Positions 28,201 through 38,462 of a DNA stretch of 64,000 nt are shown here, in pieces. A program made the position numbers and the translations under genes. The stretch is from positions 11,045-75,044 of the forward strand of contig NIVC01001031.1 of the NCBI GenBank assembly GCA_002269645.1. Direction: 5' to 3'. How positions within the stretch are numbered: the stretch's first letter is position 1; every line of letters starts with the position of its first letter. The notes under the pieces are model-generated. The model was not told the origin of the DNA, ran no database searches, and was given only the letters and a program-made list of their open reading frames with translations. Origin of the DNA: Macrostomum lignano (taxonomy: Eukaryota).

Positions 28201-30193
28201 AGTCGGGGCCGCCTCCAAAAGCAAGTCTACCACATCGGAGAGTCTGACGGCTTGTCCGTAGCCTATCAGACCAATAAGCTTGGTCTAGTTGTTCGCGCCA
28301 CCGCAGCTTCAGCCGCTGTAGCCGGCTCTCCAGTAAGAACCACCGCGGACGAAGCGCTGGAGTACACGCTCGGTGGTCGAATCCACTGGCGATCGATTCG
28401 CAGCAGCTCTGTTGGAGCGCTTGAGAGATTGAACTACACCTACGACAGTCGCACTGGCCTGCCGAAAAGCGTCGGATCTGTCCAATACTCATTTGATGCG
28501 GATGGTTTTCTAGCGATGCGTCGACACCGCCTGAGCGCTGGAAGTGTAGAGAATTTTCGTTACGACGCCAAAGGTTTGGTACGTCGCGCCGAGGCTATCG
28601 ACTCAAGCGGCCGTCGTCTTTACAGTTTGAGGTACGTTTATGACGCCCAGGAGCGCCTACTAGCCAGAATAGATCGACTTCATCCGCAAAAAAGCACGCA
28701 GTTTCTTTACACCGACCCCGAATACCCTCGACGCGTGACGCACATTCTGCCCGGCGCTGGTCGGTTTGAGCAGTCGGTGCTCACTTGCCGCTACGAGGAT
28801 CGCACCGGTCAGCTAGTTGCCGTGGAAACTGGGGAGCCGCAGAAAATTGAAAGGTTCTACGTAGTTAGCGACTATTTCAGTTCCCCATTGGCTTTGCTTA
28901 ATCAACGAGGCGAAATAGAGACACAGGTAAGCAGGGCTAATCTAGACCAGCTTTTTATTTTAATACATTTTACGAACCAATATATTTTACCTAAACAAAC
29001 TAAATCGATTATTTTAGCTAAGCTACAGTGCCACAGGTGAGCGCTCAGTAGTTTCAAAACGGCCAACCGCTCCTTCGCTACCGTTCGGCTATCGATTGGG
29101 CCTGCAAGATCCCGACGCTGGTCTGGTATGGCTTAGTGGCAGTCGCACCTATGATCCTTACCTTGGCCAGTGGACTGGCCCCGATCCGTTGGGCCTGTTC
29201 ACCAGACTTTCAGCTGCACTTCAGACGCCTGAGTCGATTGACGGCTACATTTTTGACCACTTGTCAACGACTGAAAACGGTCCTTTGGTGTCCAACTATG
29301 AGGAAGTTAGTCGACCGGAATATTGGCTTAAGGCCTTCAACATCGACGCAAAGCGACTGTTAAGAGCCACCAACATCGTTTCTATGGGTATAGGCCGTGA
29401 AGCTGAAGAAGGTCTGTTGCCAAGGCTGCACCAGAGTCCGCTATCACCGAAATCAGTATCTGTTGAGTCCATCTTTGAAGCTGGTTTTCGTCGTCGCCTC
29501 GACAGTTTCCAGCGCATCATTGGAGCGTTCGACTTTGTGCAACCTTCTTCGGCACCGGTAGCTCCACCATTGGCATCGGCTCCGGCGTTCCTCTACCTGG
29601 GATTGCGTCCGACATTTTCAGTCGACGGTAAAATATCCCTGACCGGTTGGGAGGACAACTCGTTGGCCTCGCCCGATCGGGTTCGTCAACTGGCCGCATT
29701 GGTGTTCAACGGGTCTCGACTGCTGCCTCAGCAAGCCGAAACCATGGCCAACGGTCATCGTTGGCTGCGCCTCTATCGCGAGGCTACGCCAGCCACAGAG
29801 TCGGCCGTTCGAGATCTCGAACAGTCCATTGCGCCAGCTGGTGCTGCATCAATCAGCATTAAACGCGACGGCGACGACAGTCTCGAGGTTCGCGTCGACT
29901 CCGGCCTGCTGTCAGCTTCTCTTCGCTGCAGCCGTTTGTCATTCGAGACCGAGGCGAACCAGCTAGCGACTGCCGGACTGCGAATGGTTGCCAAGCGATT
30001 GATGCGAGCAGAGGCTGCTTCGATCACCGCTGACGGCTACGCAGCGACTCGGTTCGACTGGAGCAGGGTGGCCCAGCAGGAGCTACGTCAGAACGGCATC
30101 GCAGCCGGTTATCGACCCGCTACTGCTGGAAAAAACCACGACCAACTGCTCTGGGACGATCCAGGCAGCGTGTACTTTGTACCGACTGCGTAG
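7039..30193 (+). CDS. Ten-m: Teneurin (Ten-m/Odz family), 5'-incomplete, 13 exons: 7039-7257, 8322-8504, 12179-12337, 12651-12855, 13249-13991, 14352-14492, 15538-16778, 17056-17548 (or 17590), 23391-23746, 24026-24255, 25849-26125, 27427-28926, 29018-30193
   Basis: Tenascin-type EGFs including a 5-Cys EGF; hallmark CNDGVDNDGDGLIDCNDPDCC; VSVGYKYANC..VW..., GVIHRGDG; NHL repeats (LLSPVALA, LIEPKGLAID, LRWPSALTYNPVD); YD repeats; YDPYLGQW; C-terminal DDPGSVYF. Exon phases join in one frame (6923 nt). Confidence 0.93.
7310..8270. repeat. pyrimidine-rich degenerate intronic repeat (CCTCCCTCTCCCCTGTG-like)
   Basis: Direct reading. Confidence 0.92.
8322..8504 (+). CDS. Ten-m: Teneurin exon: two EGF repeats
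   Basis: acag|aa act tgc; ETCLFPCDNGVC...CNRGWNGPSCTL; donor GTGAGT at 8505. Confidence 0.9.
8464..8968 (+). repeat. tandem array (51- and 32-bp units) of the exon 3' end plus splice donor
   Basis: CTCTGG|GTGAGT at 8505, 8537, 8588, 8639, 8671, 8722, 8773, 8805, 8856, 8907, 8958. Confidence 0.95.
9330..9495. repeat. 31-bp tandem repeat (GGTTGGTTTCGGTAGAGTTTAGATGATTTCA)
   Basis: Units start at 9330, 9361, 9392, then decay. Confidence 0.85.
10060..11025. repeat. CT-rich 10-bp repeat (CCCCATCTCT/CCCCTTCTCT)
   Basis: Direct reading. Confidence 0.94.
11715..12160. repeat. 19-bp minisatellite (GAGTAGTCAAATTGTCACT)
   Basis: Direct reading; ends just before acceptor 12179. Confidence 0.96.
12179..12337 (+). 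CDS. Ten-m: Teneurin exon: last EGF and start of Cys-rich region
   Basis: DGCPNGCNNRGNC...WHCVC...CNDGVDNDG; ccgcag| and |gtgaga. Confidence 0.92.
12405..12555. repeat. 20-bp tandem repeat (GTGAGTCAGGTGATGCTGTT)
   Basis: Direct reading. Confidence 0.88.
12651..12855 (+). CDS. Ten-m: Teneurin exon: Cys-rich region
   Basis: DGLIDCNDPDCC...SFERRVKFLI; ctcgcag| and |gtaagc. Confidence 0.92.
12900..13175. repeat. 20-bp degenerate tandem repeat (AGACGTCCTGACACTCAATT)
   Basis: Direct reading. Confidence 0.85.
13249..13991 (+). CDS. Ten-m: Teneurin exon: TTR-like/FN-plug region
   Basis: SVVVGRL..PDG; TLSRSDGTF; FEANTNLTYTFQWDRMDMFGRPYTG; phase 2-1. Confidence 0.9.
14352..14492 (+). CDS. Ten-m: Teneurin exon
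   Basis: VSVGYKYANCPDIVW...GQWSLNIVHAYD; phase 1-1. Confidence 0.92.
15538..16778 (+). CDS. Ten-m: Teneurin exon: NHL beta-propeller
   Basis: GVIHRGDG; SCGDGGPARAAKLIEPKGLAIDRRGVLYFADG; donor cag|gtgggt. Confidence 0.92.
17056..17548 (+). CDS. Ten-m: Teneurin exon: start of YD shell (3' donor uncertain, 17548 or 17590)
   Basis: ELFTFNSDGKHVLTEDTATG; both candidate donors are phase 1. Confidence 0.8.
19653..19910. repeat. 42-bp minisatellite, ~6 copies
   Basis: GTTGTGACACCCCTGACACAGATTCCAACGCTACTGACACGG. Confidence 0.95.
20733..22552. repeat. 41-bp minisatellite with a 632-bp higher-order duplication
   Basis: GGGTGTTTTACACTACGGACAGCTCGTCTTCGTGTAACATT; variant blocks recur at offset 632. 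Confidence 0.95.
23391..23746 (+). CDS. Ten-m: Teneurin exon: YD region (divergent)
   Basis: aatcag|gt; joins as SPDG-GTSISFDLSDLGRVASLV; donor aag|gtaggt. Confidence 0.7.
24026..24255 (+). CDS. Ten-m: Teneurin exon: YD region (inferred)
   Basis: Good acceptor ttctcaccccgccag; open frame; phase 0-2 bridges the neighbouring exons; weak similarity (NCLVLSF..AEQDKPLLKL). Confidence 0.55.
25849..26125 (+). CDS. Ten-m: Teneurin exon: YD region (divergent)
   Basis: cattcag|c gac; DGQQLSELAWSD...AEYRFGY; donor gcg|gtgagt. Confidence 0.7.
26380..26629 (-). mobile_element. tRNA-headed SINE
   Basis: Minus strand: A box TAGCCTAGTGG, B box GGTTTCGATTCC, then GTGTCCTTGAGCA and CAGCTGTAAAATGGGTACC central motifs resembling V-/Meta-SINE cores. 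Confidence 0.75.
27427..28926 (+). CDS. Ten-m: Teneurin exon: YD/Rhs repeats (500 codons)
   Basis: YSFDADGFLAMR, FRYDAKG, YVYDAQERL, TQFLYTDP, YVVSDYFSSPLALLNQRG. Confidence 0.93.
29018..30193 (+). CDS. Ten-m: Teneurin last exon: Rhs core end, ABD and Tox-GHH/TCAP-like tail
   Basis: ttttag|LSYSATGE (cf. LQYTAYGE); TYDPYLGQW; WS...QQEL...G...GY...DDPGSVYF; stop 30191-30193. Confidence 0.9.
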   Translation, partial: LSYSATGERSVVSKRPTAPSLPFGYRLGLQDPDAGLVWLSGSRTYDPYLGQWTGPDPLGLFTRLSAALQTPESIDGYIFDHLSTTENGPLVSNYEEVSRPEYWLKAFNIDAKRLLRATNIVSMGIGREAEEGLLPRLHQSPLSPKSVSVESIFEAGFRRRLDSFQRIIGAFDFVQPSSAPVAPPLASAPAFLYLGLRPTFSVDGKISLTGWEDNSLASPDRVRQLAALVFNGSRLLPQQAETMANGHRWLRLYREATPATESAVRDLEQSIAPAGAASISIKRDGDDSLEVRVDSGLLSASLRCSRLSFETEANQLATAGLRMVAKRLMRAEAASITADGYAATRFDWSRVAQQELRQNGIAAGYRPATAGKNHDQLLWDDPGSVYFVPTA

Positions 30194-31234
30194 TCTAGAG
30201 ATGGCCTTCGTGTGGTACGAAGCACATTTCTTGAATCTGGTTAACAAAAAAACTTAATGATTGAAACAAATGCCGCATGTAGCAGAAGACGACGCAATCT
30301 CTCTTGACTTTGTGTACGAGCTTACTTTAGCAATGCTCTTGTGTATTTTAAACGTGCACCAGCTGTCTTTCTTGTAAAGCACTCAAAAATCGTTTTTCTG
30401 GACCTGTTGTCAAGGTCTATTGAAAAAAATGACAACCAAACCGAGTCACACCATCGACTAGCTACGAGCTTGACGTACAGTTTATATTATTCTACAATGC
30501 ATGATCCTGTCGTTTATATACTGCTAAAACATTTTTCTTCAGAACAAATCTGTCACCAATTAGACTGTGTCATCTAAGACAGCATGTTTGCCTGTGAATT
30601 TACAGAGCTTCATTACAAGGGTTTAATAGCTTTCAGTTTTTTGCATTATCCTTTGTACATGTACTCGTATATGCGACGCTGCAATTCAATCACAGATACG
30701 CGCTTGTCTGCCGTGGTAGATAGCAAAAATTTTGTTATAATTAAGCCGTTTCAAATTAATCTGAGTCGATCATTGCGAACGTTTTTTTGATCTTGCACTA
30801 TCGATTAAGCCTTTTATTGTCTCCTTTTGTCTGGTAAACTTTTTCTCAGACACATCATTTGTTTAATCTCATCTCATCCGCGATGTGTTAGCGACTGCGA
30901 GTTATAAGTAATTAAATGTGCTTACTCTTTTATTAAAAAAATTGAAAACAGATTGCAATACAATAATAAAACAATCTTACTTGCGCGACATACTACTTAA
31001 AAAAATCGGTAGCAAAAGGCGCTTTTTGCTAAAATATAATGATATTTTCGTTTTGGAATTAATATTATTTCAAGGAATCATTTTTTTGTAACAATCTGTT
31101 GAGTAGCTTTCTGAAATTGTTTTTCCTTAGTCGACTACACTTAAATAAAGTAAATCTTTCCAAAATTCTGTTTCTATTCTTCAGTCAGGGCGTACTGCGA
31201 TTTTCGTTTCGGCAGAAGCCTAGCTAGAGTCAGA

Positions 31235-31350
31235 GGGGTCGTACTATAAAGCTGTCGTAGCGTAAGTTCGAACGTACGTCGGAACTTTTACACTGCGGAG
31301 ATAGGAGCTAAGAACAATCTTATCTTACGATGGCTTTATAGAACGGGCCC
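31235..31350. mobile_element. short MITE-like element
   Basis: Imperfect ~25-bp TIR (GGGGTCGTACTATAAAGCTGTCGTA vs GGGCCCGTTCTATAAAGCCATCGTA); AGA on both flanks. Confidence 0.45.
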
Positions 31351-32842
31351 AGAGTCAATACTTTAGCCTCTTAATTGCGTTTCACACAATTGCTTATATA
31401 GCTGTGCTTGTGACGTTTTTAGTTTGTCATGCTTTGCAGCGTGCGATTCTTCTGGCAAGAGCCACAATCAAGAGACATTTATCAGTAAATTACCCCCTAT
31501 TATGCATTGCAACATGAGCATACACTCGTATTAGCTCGGGTGCAGGTGGTTCATTGGGAGCGCACTGCAACTAAGCAATTTTCTCCAACAGAATGTTTCT
31601 GTTCTATACAATTCTGAGATATACGCCGTATGTACTGTGATAGCTACATGTAGTGTTCGTCAGAAAGTATCTGAAACAAAGGGACAATGACGAAAACCAG
31701 TGCTTGCAAAAGCCAACAAAGACAAAGTTGCGCTTGGCAAGGCTGCACTGAGGCGTAGTGCCGAATACACTAACGCTAATGAGAAAAATCCGACCTTCTG
31801 GCAGAATCGTTGACTATATCGAAGATCTAGAGGGCTGAATACATGATTCCTTGTTTGAGAAGTTGCAAAACAAAAATTCAGCGTGTCTGGTTTGGTCCGT
31901 TTTGGCGTCGGAAAAACATTTGTCATAAAAAATTGACTGGATTGGTACTCCTACTGTCGAAAGCCGCAGAAAGAAATGCCAATCAACTTGTAATTCGCTG
32001 TGAAAAACAGTTTGAGCAATAAAAACAAAAGCATGTTTACGCGCTTAACTTTGACGGCAATTCAGGCTGTGACATTTATTGTCACTAAGCCCAGTCGTAC
32101 AATAGAAATACGCTTCAACATCTGACCAGTAAATTTGAGCTACGATAAAAAAGGCGATAAAAGTCAACGAGTTCTAATCTCCCAGGAGTTAAACTTCCGT
32201 TCAAGCTCGCAAAGCATGGCACTGATGGACAATTTTTTGAGAGTTCAAAATTTCAAGGAAACTTTAATTAAGTAACAATAATAGTTTTCTTAAATTATGG
32301 CTCATACGCTATGGCCCAGTGGAAAAAAAGGACTCGGGCCACCGGAGGGGTGTCTGGCTCGGGCCGAGGGTGGCAATGCACAGCTAAATCTGGCTCGACC
32401 CAACGTTGGCCCGCCACCAGCGCGCCAGCGGTTTGCCTCCTATTTTTCGCGTCTTAAATTTTTGCCCCATTCTACTGGTAATTTTATTCTATTATACATG
32501 TAGTTCCTCCTACTGTGCCTAGCCTATAAATCATCAGAGGCAGTGAGTGTGCACAGTATAGCACCAACAAAAGTACAGGAAACATGTACCGGTTACATAG
32601 GCTCAAACATGTACATTTCTCGCCAATATTCAAAACGTAAATTTTGGCAATTTAAAGTTTCTCGGAGGACGAATTGTCAAGCAGACAATATACGCTCGTA
32701 TACATTGTATTTTTATTTTTACATTGTTCTTGCGGTACCGGTATACATGTGTGGCTAAAATAAGTCAGTGGAAATGTAAGACATTCAGTGGTAAATAAGT
32801 CAGTGGAACTCATGCAAGCAATTAAGACAACAAAGGGCTGAA

Positions 32843-35800
32843 TCACTCAAATATGAGTGAATCGTCCTCGGAACTGCTTTCCCGCGTTCGCTTCCGAGAA
32901 CGGTCCACTTCTGCAGATCGTCTTCCTCCTTGCTGGTCGTTGTTTGCCTGCGCCACTACACCCGCCGCCGCTGAGGAATCGCGACGCTTTTGACGGCCTC
33001 CTGCTCTGTCGTGCGCGTTTTTCAGGACAGAGATAACTGCTATCTCCACATCGCGCTCGGCAGGCCGCTGGCCTCCGTGCATCTTCGAGATGGCAGCTGA
33101 AGCAAAATAAGTGTAGGAATATTGCATCACTTGTACAACGGGTAGGCGTGCGAAAAAGTAAATATTTTATAATTAAATGTTTGAAAAATCCTTTCACAGT
33201 GTCTTTGCTCTACTAACAGTAGCAAATAATTGAACATATAAGTCCTAAAAGTAATCCGAATTTTGTCCTTCTCAATGCATGCCCAGAAACAATATGGAGC
33301 GGATGAAGCAAAAAATAAAGAGATTACACTCTGCCGACTGCAGAGTGAGCACTGCACTAAGATACGACTCCCCACTGAAGCATGAACGCTAATAAAGAGA
33401 GCGGCGGGTGTTAATGAAAGCAAGGCGAAGACTTGTGCATAATTTACCAACTGACTGATAGCTATAATCCAAAAGAATAAACATGCTCACCTTGGAAAGC
33501 AGGCAGGGCATTGCGGAATGCCAGAAGGGTGTCGGAGAGCTCCAACTGACTCCTCTTCTGGAGATCTCGGCCGCTGTAGTTAACCTGCTGCTGCATCTCG
33601 ACTGTGAGGCATTTGTCCACCATTCGACGGATGGTGTTATATGTGGTGGCTGATTTGCAGGCCAAGAGATATGGCACCTGCATGAAAAGGAGCGATAAAG
33701 CAATTGTTTAGGAAAGATATAAAAAGTGCCTTCATGTACAGTCATGTTGAATTAGCATGCTATGTTATTGTAAGATTTTTAATTTTCTCTGTTTGTTTTG
33801 AGTAGAGCAGTCAAATCATACATTACAGCTATACCCACTAGGCTATTCCCACAAAAATACAAACTGATCAAATAATGCCAAAAGTCAAGTTTGTCTCCTT
33901 ACACTTAGAAGGTTGAGGCAGACTTGTACAACGGGCTAGGCGTGCGAAAAAGTAAAGATTTTATAATTATGTTTGAAAAATCCTTTCACAGTGCTTTTGA
34001 TCTACTAATAGTAGCAAAGTAGTATAAGCCTAAAAGTAATCCGAATTTTGTCCTTCCCAAAACATGCTCAGAATTTCAGAAATAATGGAGCGGATGAAGC
34101 ATAAAATAAAGAGATTATTAAGAGCACTGCACTAAGATACGACTCGGTCAAATCGGTAGCCTTGTCAAATTGTACACTGTTGAATTGTGAATAAGGAGAG
34201 AGCTACAAAAATATTGCCCAGTCCAGATTGTCCCTTACCCGTGCCGTCATCGCCTCAGAAGATGTGATGAAGTTCGCGTACTCCCTCCACGACCCTACTG
34301 GCACCGGATCGGTCTCATCTGCAGCGGCTTGCCCACCATGCCCTCCAATCGCAGCCAAGAGATCGCGACGCAGGCGCTGCATTTCTGCCCTCATCTGCTG
34401 CACTTGTTGCTCCATCTGAGACTTCAGCTCTACTCGGGTGATGTGCAGCTGCCGGAAGATGCTGATGAGGGCAAAAGTTTGGCCTTCTCGGGTGTCCATA
34501 GAGGTGCCTGATTTTGCCTCCATTGCCTCCCTTGTCTGCTGAATGCAGGTGTTGCCGAAATTAAGAAAGCTAACACCATGCGGATCCCGGCACAGCCGTG
34601 GGGTGGCACCAGACAACGCGGAGCTAGCTGCGTTAGAGTCTGCTGATCCAAGGCGAGCTGACAATCGGGATCTTGTATCGTCCACGGCGGCGGGAATAGC
34701 GACAGGTTCTGGTGTACACCGTGTACTGGCCGCATCGGCCGTGTGGACCCTGTTGTGATCCATATCCAGCAGGGAAGCGCCATCCATGCCTGTTGCTCTG
34801 GACATGGCTCCTGAAGTGGCGGTCGGCAGCACCTTCTGCTGAGGAGGCGGCAGCAGCTGCAGATCAGACTCTACACCCTCAGCAGAATCCGAATCAATCC
34901 CACTATGGGGTCTCTGGTGAAGGCTTCGACTTTGTGGAGGTTCAGCGTCGCTTTCAGAGGTGCTGAGTAGCTGGAATGAAGCGGTAGTACATGTAAATTA
35001 CAATTGTGTCTGCATGTTAGACAAGCCTTAATTTAAAATTGAGGGATATGGAATCTGCCTTATTCATCCCCGTATGCTTATAGACTTTTACACTAAATTC
35101 AACTGTGGTCACTGCATGGTCCGACTTGATAGAGCAAAGGGGTTGGGTCCTTTTCCCATGCAGGGCCAGGGTCTGAGTAGGGGAAGCAGTTTGATAACTC
35201 ACACACTAATCTGATGAATAGCTACACATTTGCAGGCTCACTAAGTTTTCCAGTTATGAATATGTTATACTGGAGCCAGACATTAGCAATGAGGATATAA
35301 TTCCTTATTAATTTTAAAAAAACTTTAAGCTCGGACGAATTTTACTACTGAAACTATAATTCTACTCAGTACTAAATTATTTACTAAATTACAGCTACTT
35401 ACATCCATGCGCGGAAACGGCTGCCTCTTCATGCCTCCTAACACTCTGTCCACCATGCGCAGAAAGGTCGGTATCCGCTTTTTCTTGCAGAGACGGGCGT
35501 CGCGCAGAAATTTGATGGTGGCCCTGGTGTCGTAATCATCAGGCACAACCTTAAATGTTTTCAAGTGTTCAAAGCCTTCATATATTGATATTAAAGTGCA
35601 GAACGTCTCTATCTGTCATATAAACTTTAGTCCTCCCCTCTTCAAATCTTCAACTTAATTCTATCACTTTGACTTTCCTGTCCTGTTCTCCATCGTACTG
35701 AACTAGCTCACGCTACGCTGCTTCTTTACTCCACTTAGCCATTTAATTATATTCTTCCCCTCTCATTTCCAGTCCTCTATCTCACTCTTGCTTTTCTTAT

Positions 35801-36123
35801 TTCACTTACGTCTTACCATCCGTCATTTACAGTTAGCTCAAGCTACACACCAATGAGAAAATCAGCCAAATTGCCCCAAGTACAACTGATGTCAACAATC
35901 ATGAAAAGAATTCAATCAACAATGTGTTGCAACTTGCCTGCAGCAGTGTCGCCTCGTATCGGTTTTCTTCATACAGAACTTGCACCACTATAGGCGTGGG
36001 ACTTCTAAGTGCGATCTTTTTCCAGTCTTCTTCTGTCCAATTTTGATATTGTCCTAGAAATACATCTTCCGCATTTGCCTCGATGATTTCGAGGTCATCA
36101 TGGAAAATTACTATGTACTTCAT
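32843..36123 (-). CDS. Transposon accessory protein, DUF4806-like, ~522 aa; exons 36123-35938, 35612-35403, 34970-34239, 33677-33491, 33096-32843
   Basis: All phases compatible with no stops; MKYIVIF N-terminus; TIRRMVDKCLT...VNYSGR..KR and VLKNAHDRAGGRQKRR match DUF4806-type motifs; intron 1 needs a GC donor (CAG|GCAAGT). Confidence 0.72.
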
Positions 36124-36496
36124 GGCTATCAATAAAAGCAGATTGGAAACACCTGAGTGAGTAGGCAGATACAGTATGACTTGAGGGTCTAACAAATTTG
36201 GTGCAATGCATGAACTGGCCTATAAAACAGCATCTAAATGGGGTGGGGTGGTGCAAAATTCCCCGCAATCCAAAAGCCAATAGCGTAAGGCCTCCCCCTA
36301 CCTAAGCCCTAAGGCTTCGTCTGAAATTTTCCTCTCTTCTGGTTCGCTCTGCTTCTCCTCCCTCATGCTCCATTCAGATGGCGAGTGACTCTGTCAGTTC
36401 TTGACAAGTTTATCCACAGGCAAGGACCAGCTAAGTCAAGTCGACAGCAAAAACAAGCATTTAAAAGGGTTCACATACCGAAGAGCAGATATGGGC

Positions 36497-38462
36497 TTAG
36501 ATATCATTGCCACACAGAGGAATAACAACATAGGATCCCTTCTGTGGGATTAGGAAACATTTGCCTGTGGGTGCACCGGTAATCACTACACGCGTATCAT
36601 TATAGAAGCCAATCGATAAAATGTCAGATGAGTATGGAAAAGTATACAACGGCTGTTGAAACTTCAAAATCACCCCAGTAACAGAATTATTAGCAACTGA
36701 AAGGATCCGGACCACATTACTTCCAATAGTACAGCAGTTATTAGGTCTCATGCTTGAGTAGTACATAGGCCGAACAGGATTGCAACCAAGATCTGATTTA
36801 AAATATGAGCTGATGCAAAACGTGTTACACGTATCCTTCTTTTAATGTTTGACAAATAGTTCTCAAATGGGAAGGTAGAAAAATTCGAAAGATTACCGTA
36901 CTGTGCGACAAATTCATGCAAATGCAGCAAAATATGCATGTTATATGTTGTAGCCGTTTCACCATAAATTAATTTAGCCTGCTCAACAAAAATTTCGAGG
37001 CACCTTTTTGCGTGAGCATGTAAGTGAGACAGCCTGTCAGTGCAAAAACATAGATAGCAAAATGCAGCAGCATGAAATGCTTGAAAATGTTAGTGGGAAG
37101 ATATTTTCGAAACAGGTAGGGTCCGAGGTATAGTAGAAGAAGGCGAAATTCAGTGGCCTTAAAGTGCTTTAATTCTGTGTCTAGACGTCGCGGTCGACGC
37201 TGAAAGTTAGACGGAGTGTAGGGCGCACATTCTTGAATTCGGTCCGACAGCTCCTTGATCTCTGCAGCACGAAGCTTGCAGTTTCTGCCTTCATTGGAGT
37301 AGAACAGATAGTGGAAGATGCGGCGAAGAATTCCCAGACAGACCAGATGTTGGTAGTCGATGGGAAAATTTTTGACGAAGCAGACCCCTGGGAGATGCAG
37401 AAGTGGAGATGTTGGTCCTTCCTTCATGTTGGACTCCTGTTGGCTCAGATACCCCTCAGTGGTGCGGCTGTCACTAGCTCGCGTCGGGTAAACAACTGTT
37501 CTGTTCACCACTTTTCCTCTGGCTCGGCAGTAGTTGCATCCGACTAGTGAGTTGTGGCCCATGACCTTGCAGATGAAGGCTCTGGCCGGAGCATCACAGA
37601 CAAACCTGATACTGTGGAAATGCACGTTTAAGTGAAGCACTTCGACAGAGGTGGATAGAAAACCTTTGATTTCGCTGCAGAAGTCACTGAAGTACTCATG
37701 TAGCGGTGGTTTGCTCAAGCCGGCAAACACAGCCACCGGGAAGGGCCGAGCGAAACCGCTGATCTTCATGAGAATGGGCCAAATTTGGAAGTTTGAAGAC
37801 TTATAGACAGGCATGCCATCCACGTTAACTGTCACTTCAAATGTATGCACAGTTTTTCCATTAGATAGAGTTTTTGTGCTCTTGAGATCCAGAAGGTTCT
37901 TCTTGATTAAGTCGGCCAGATTTTTCTTGATAGACAGATAGGCAAACTGTCCTTGGCTCAATGGATGCATATTGAGCCCTCTGGACAAATTAGCGCCCTT
38001 TAAAAGCCGGTATAATGATGAAGCAACAGGAAGGCCACGGCAGTGCAATTCGGCAAGCAGAAATTTCATTCCTGCTCGAGAGGCGTTGAACAAGAGCATG
38101 TATTGAACCAAGGCGTCGTTTAGGGTGTCCAAGCCCTTTCTCTCAGGCTCGTCCGAGTCACTATCGGTGTCTGACGGCGGATCCAGATCCTCATCAAAAC
38201 AGCATGCAGGCTCCTTGGCGTCCTGATCTTGAGCCAAAGCTTCGCAGAAATCCACTTCTTCCATTAGCCGGAAGTTGTCGATCTCCATCGCCTCGGAATC
38301 CAGTTGCAGTGGCGTGCTACGAGTAGTAGCAGTGGCATTGCTCAGCTGTGCTGCTGTAGTATCCTGCTCGGCAGTTTCGGCTGGCTCCAACTCCTCCATA
38401 TCTCCTGCCATGGATCTCTGGATCTCTGTTCTCACCTTACGGTTTAGATTATTTCTGTTCAT
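36497..38462 (-). pseudogene. EnSpm-like transposase with two frameshifts (~37040, ~36787)
   Basis: VNVDGMP...WPIL, CDAPARA, GHNSLVGC..C, DYQHLVCLG, FQRRPR, KATEFRLLLLY; next frame YNMHILLHL...FPFENYL; last frame GKCFLIP...VVIPL. Confidence 0.88.

Noticed and set aside
27397-30193. Bacterial Rhs/YD toxin or contamination
   Set aside because: Spliced in frame to EGF/NHL exons; it is the normal teneurin C-terminal half
37030-37050. Programmed -1 frameshift in the transposase
   Set aside because: No in-frame X XXY YYZ slippery site, and a second frameshift follows
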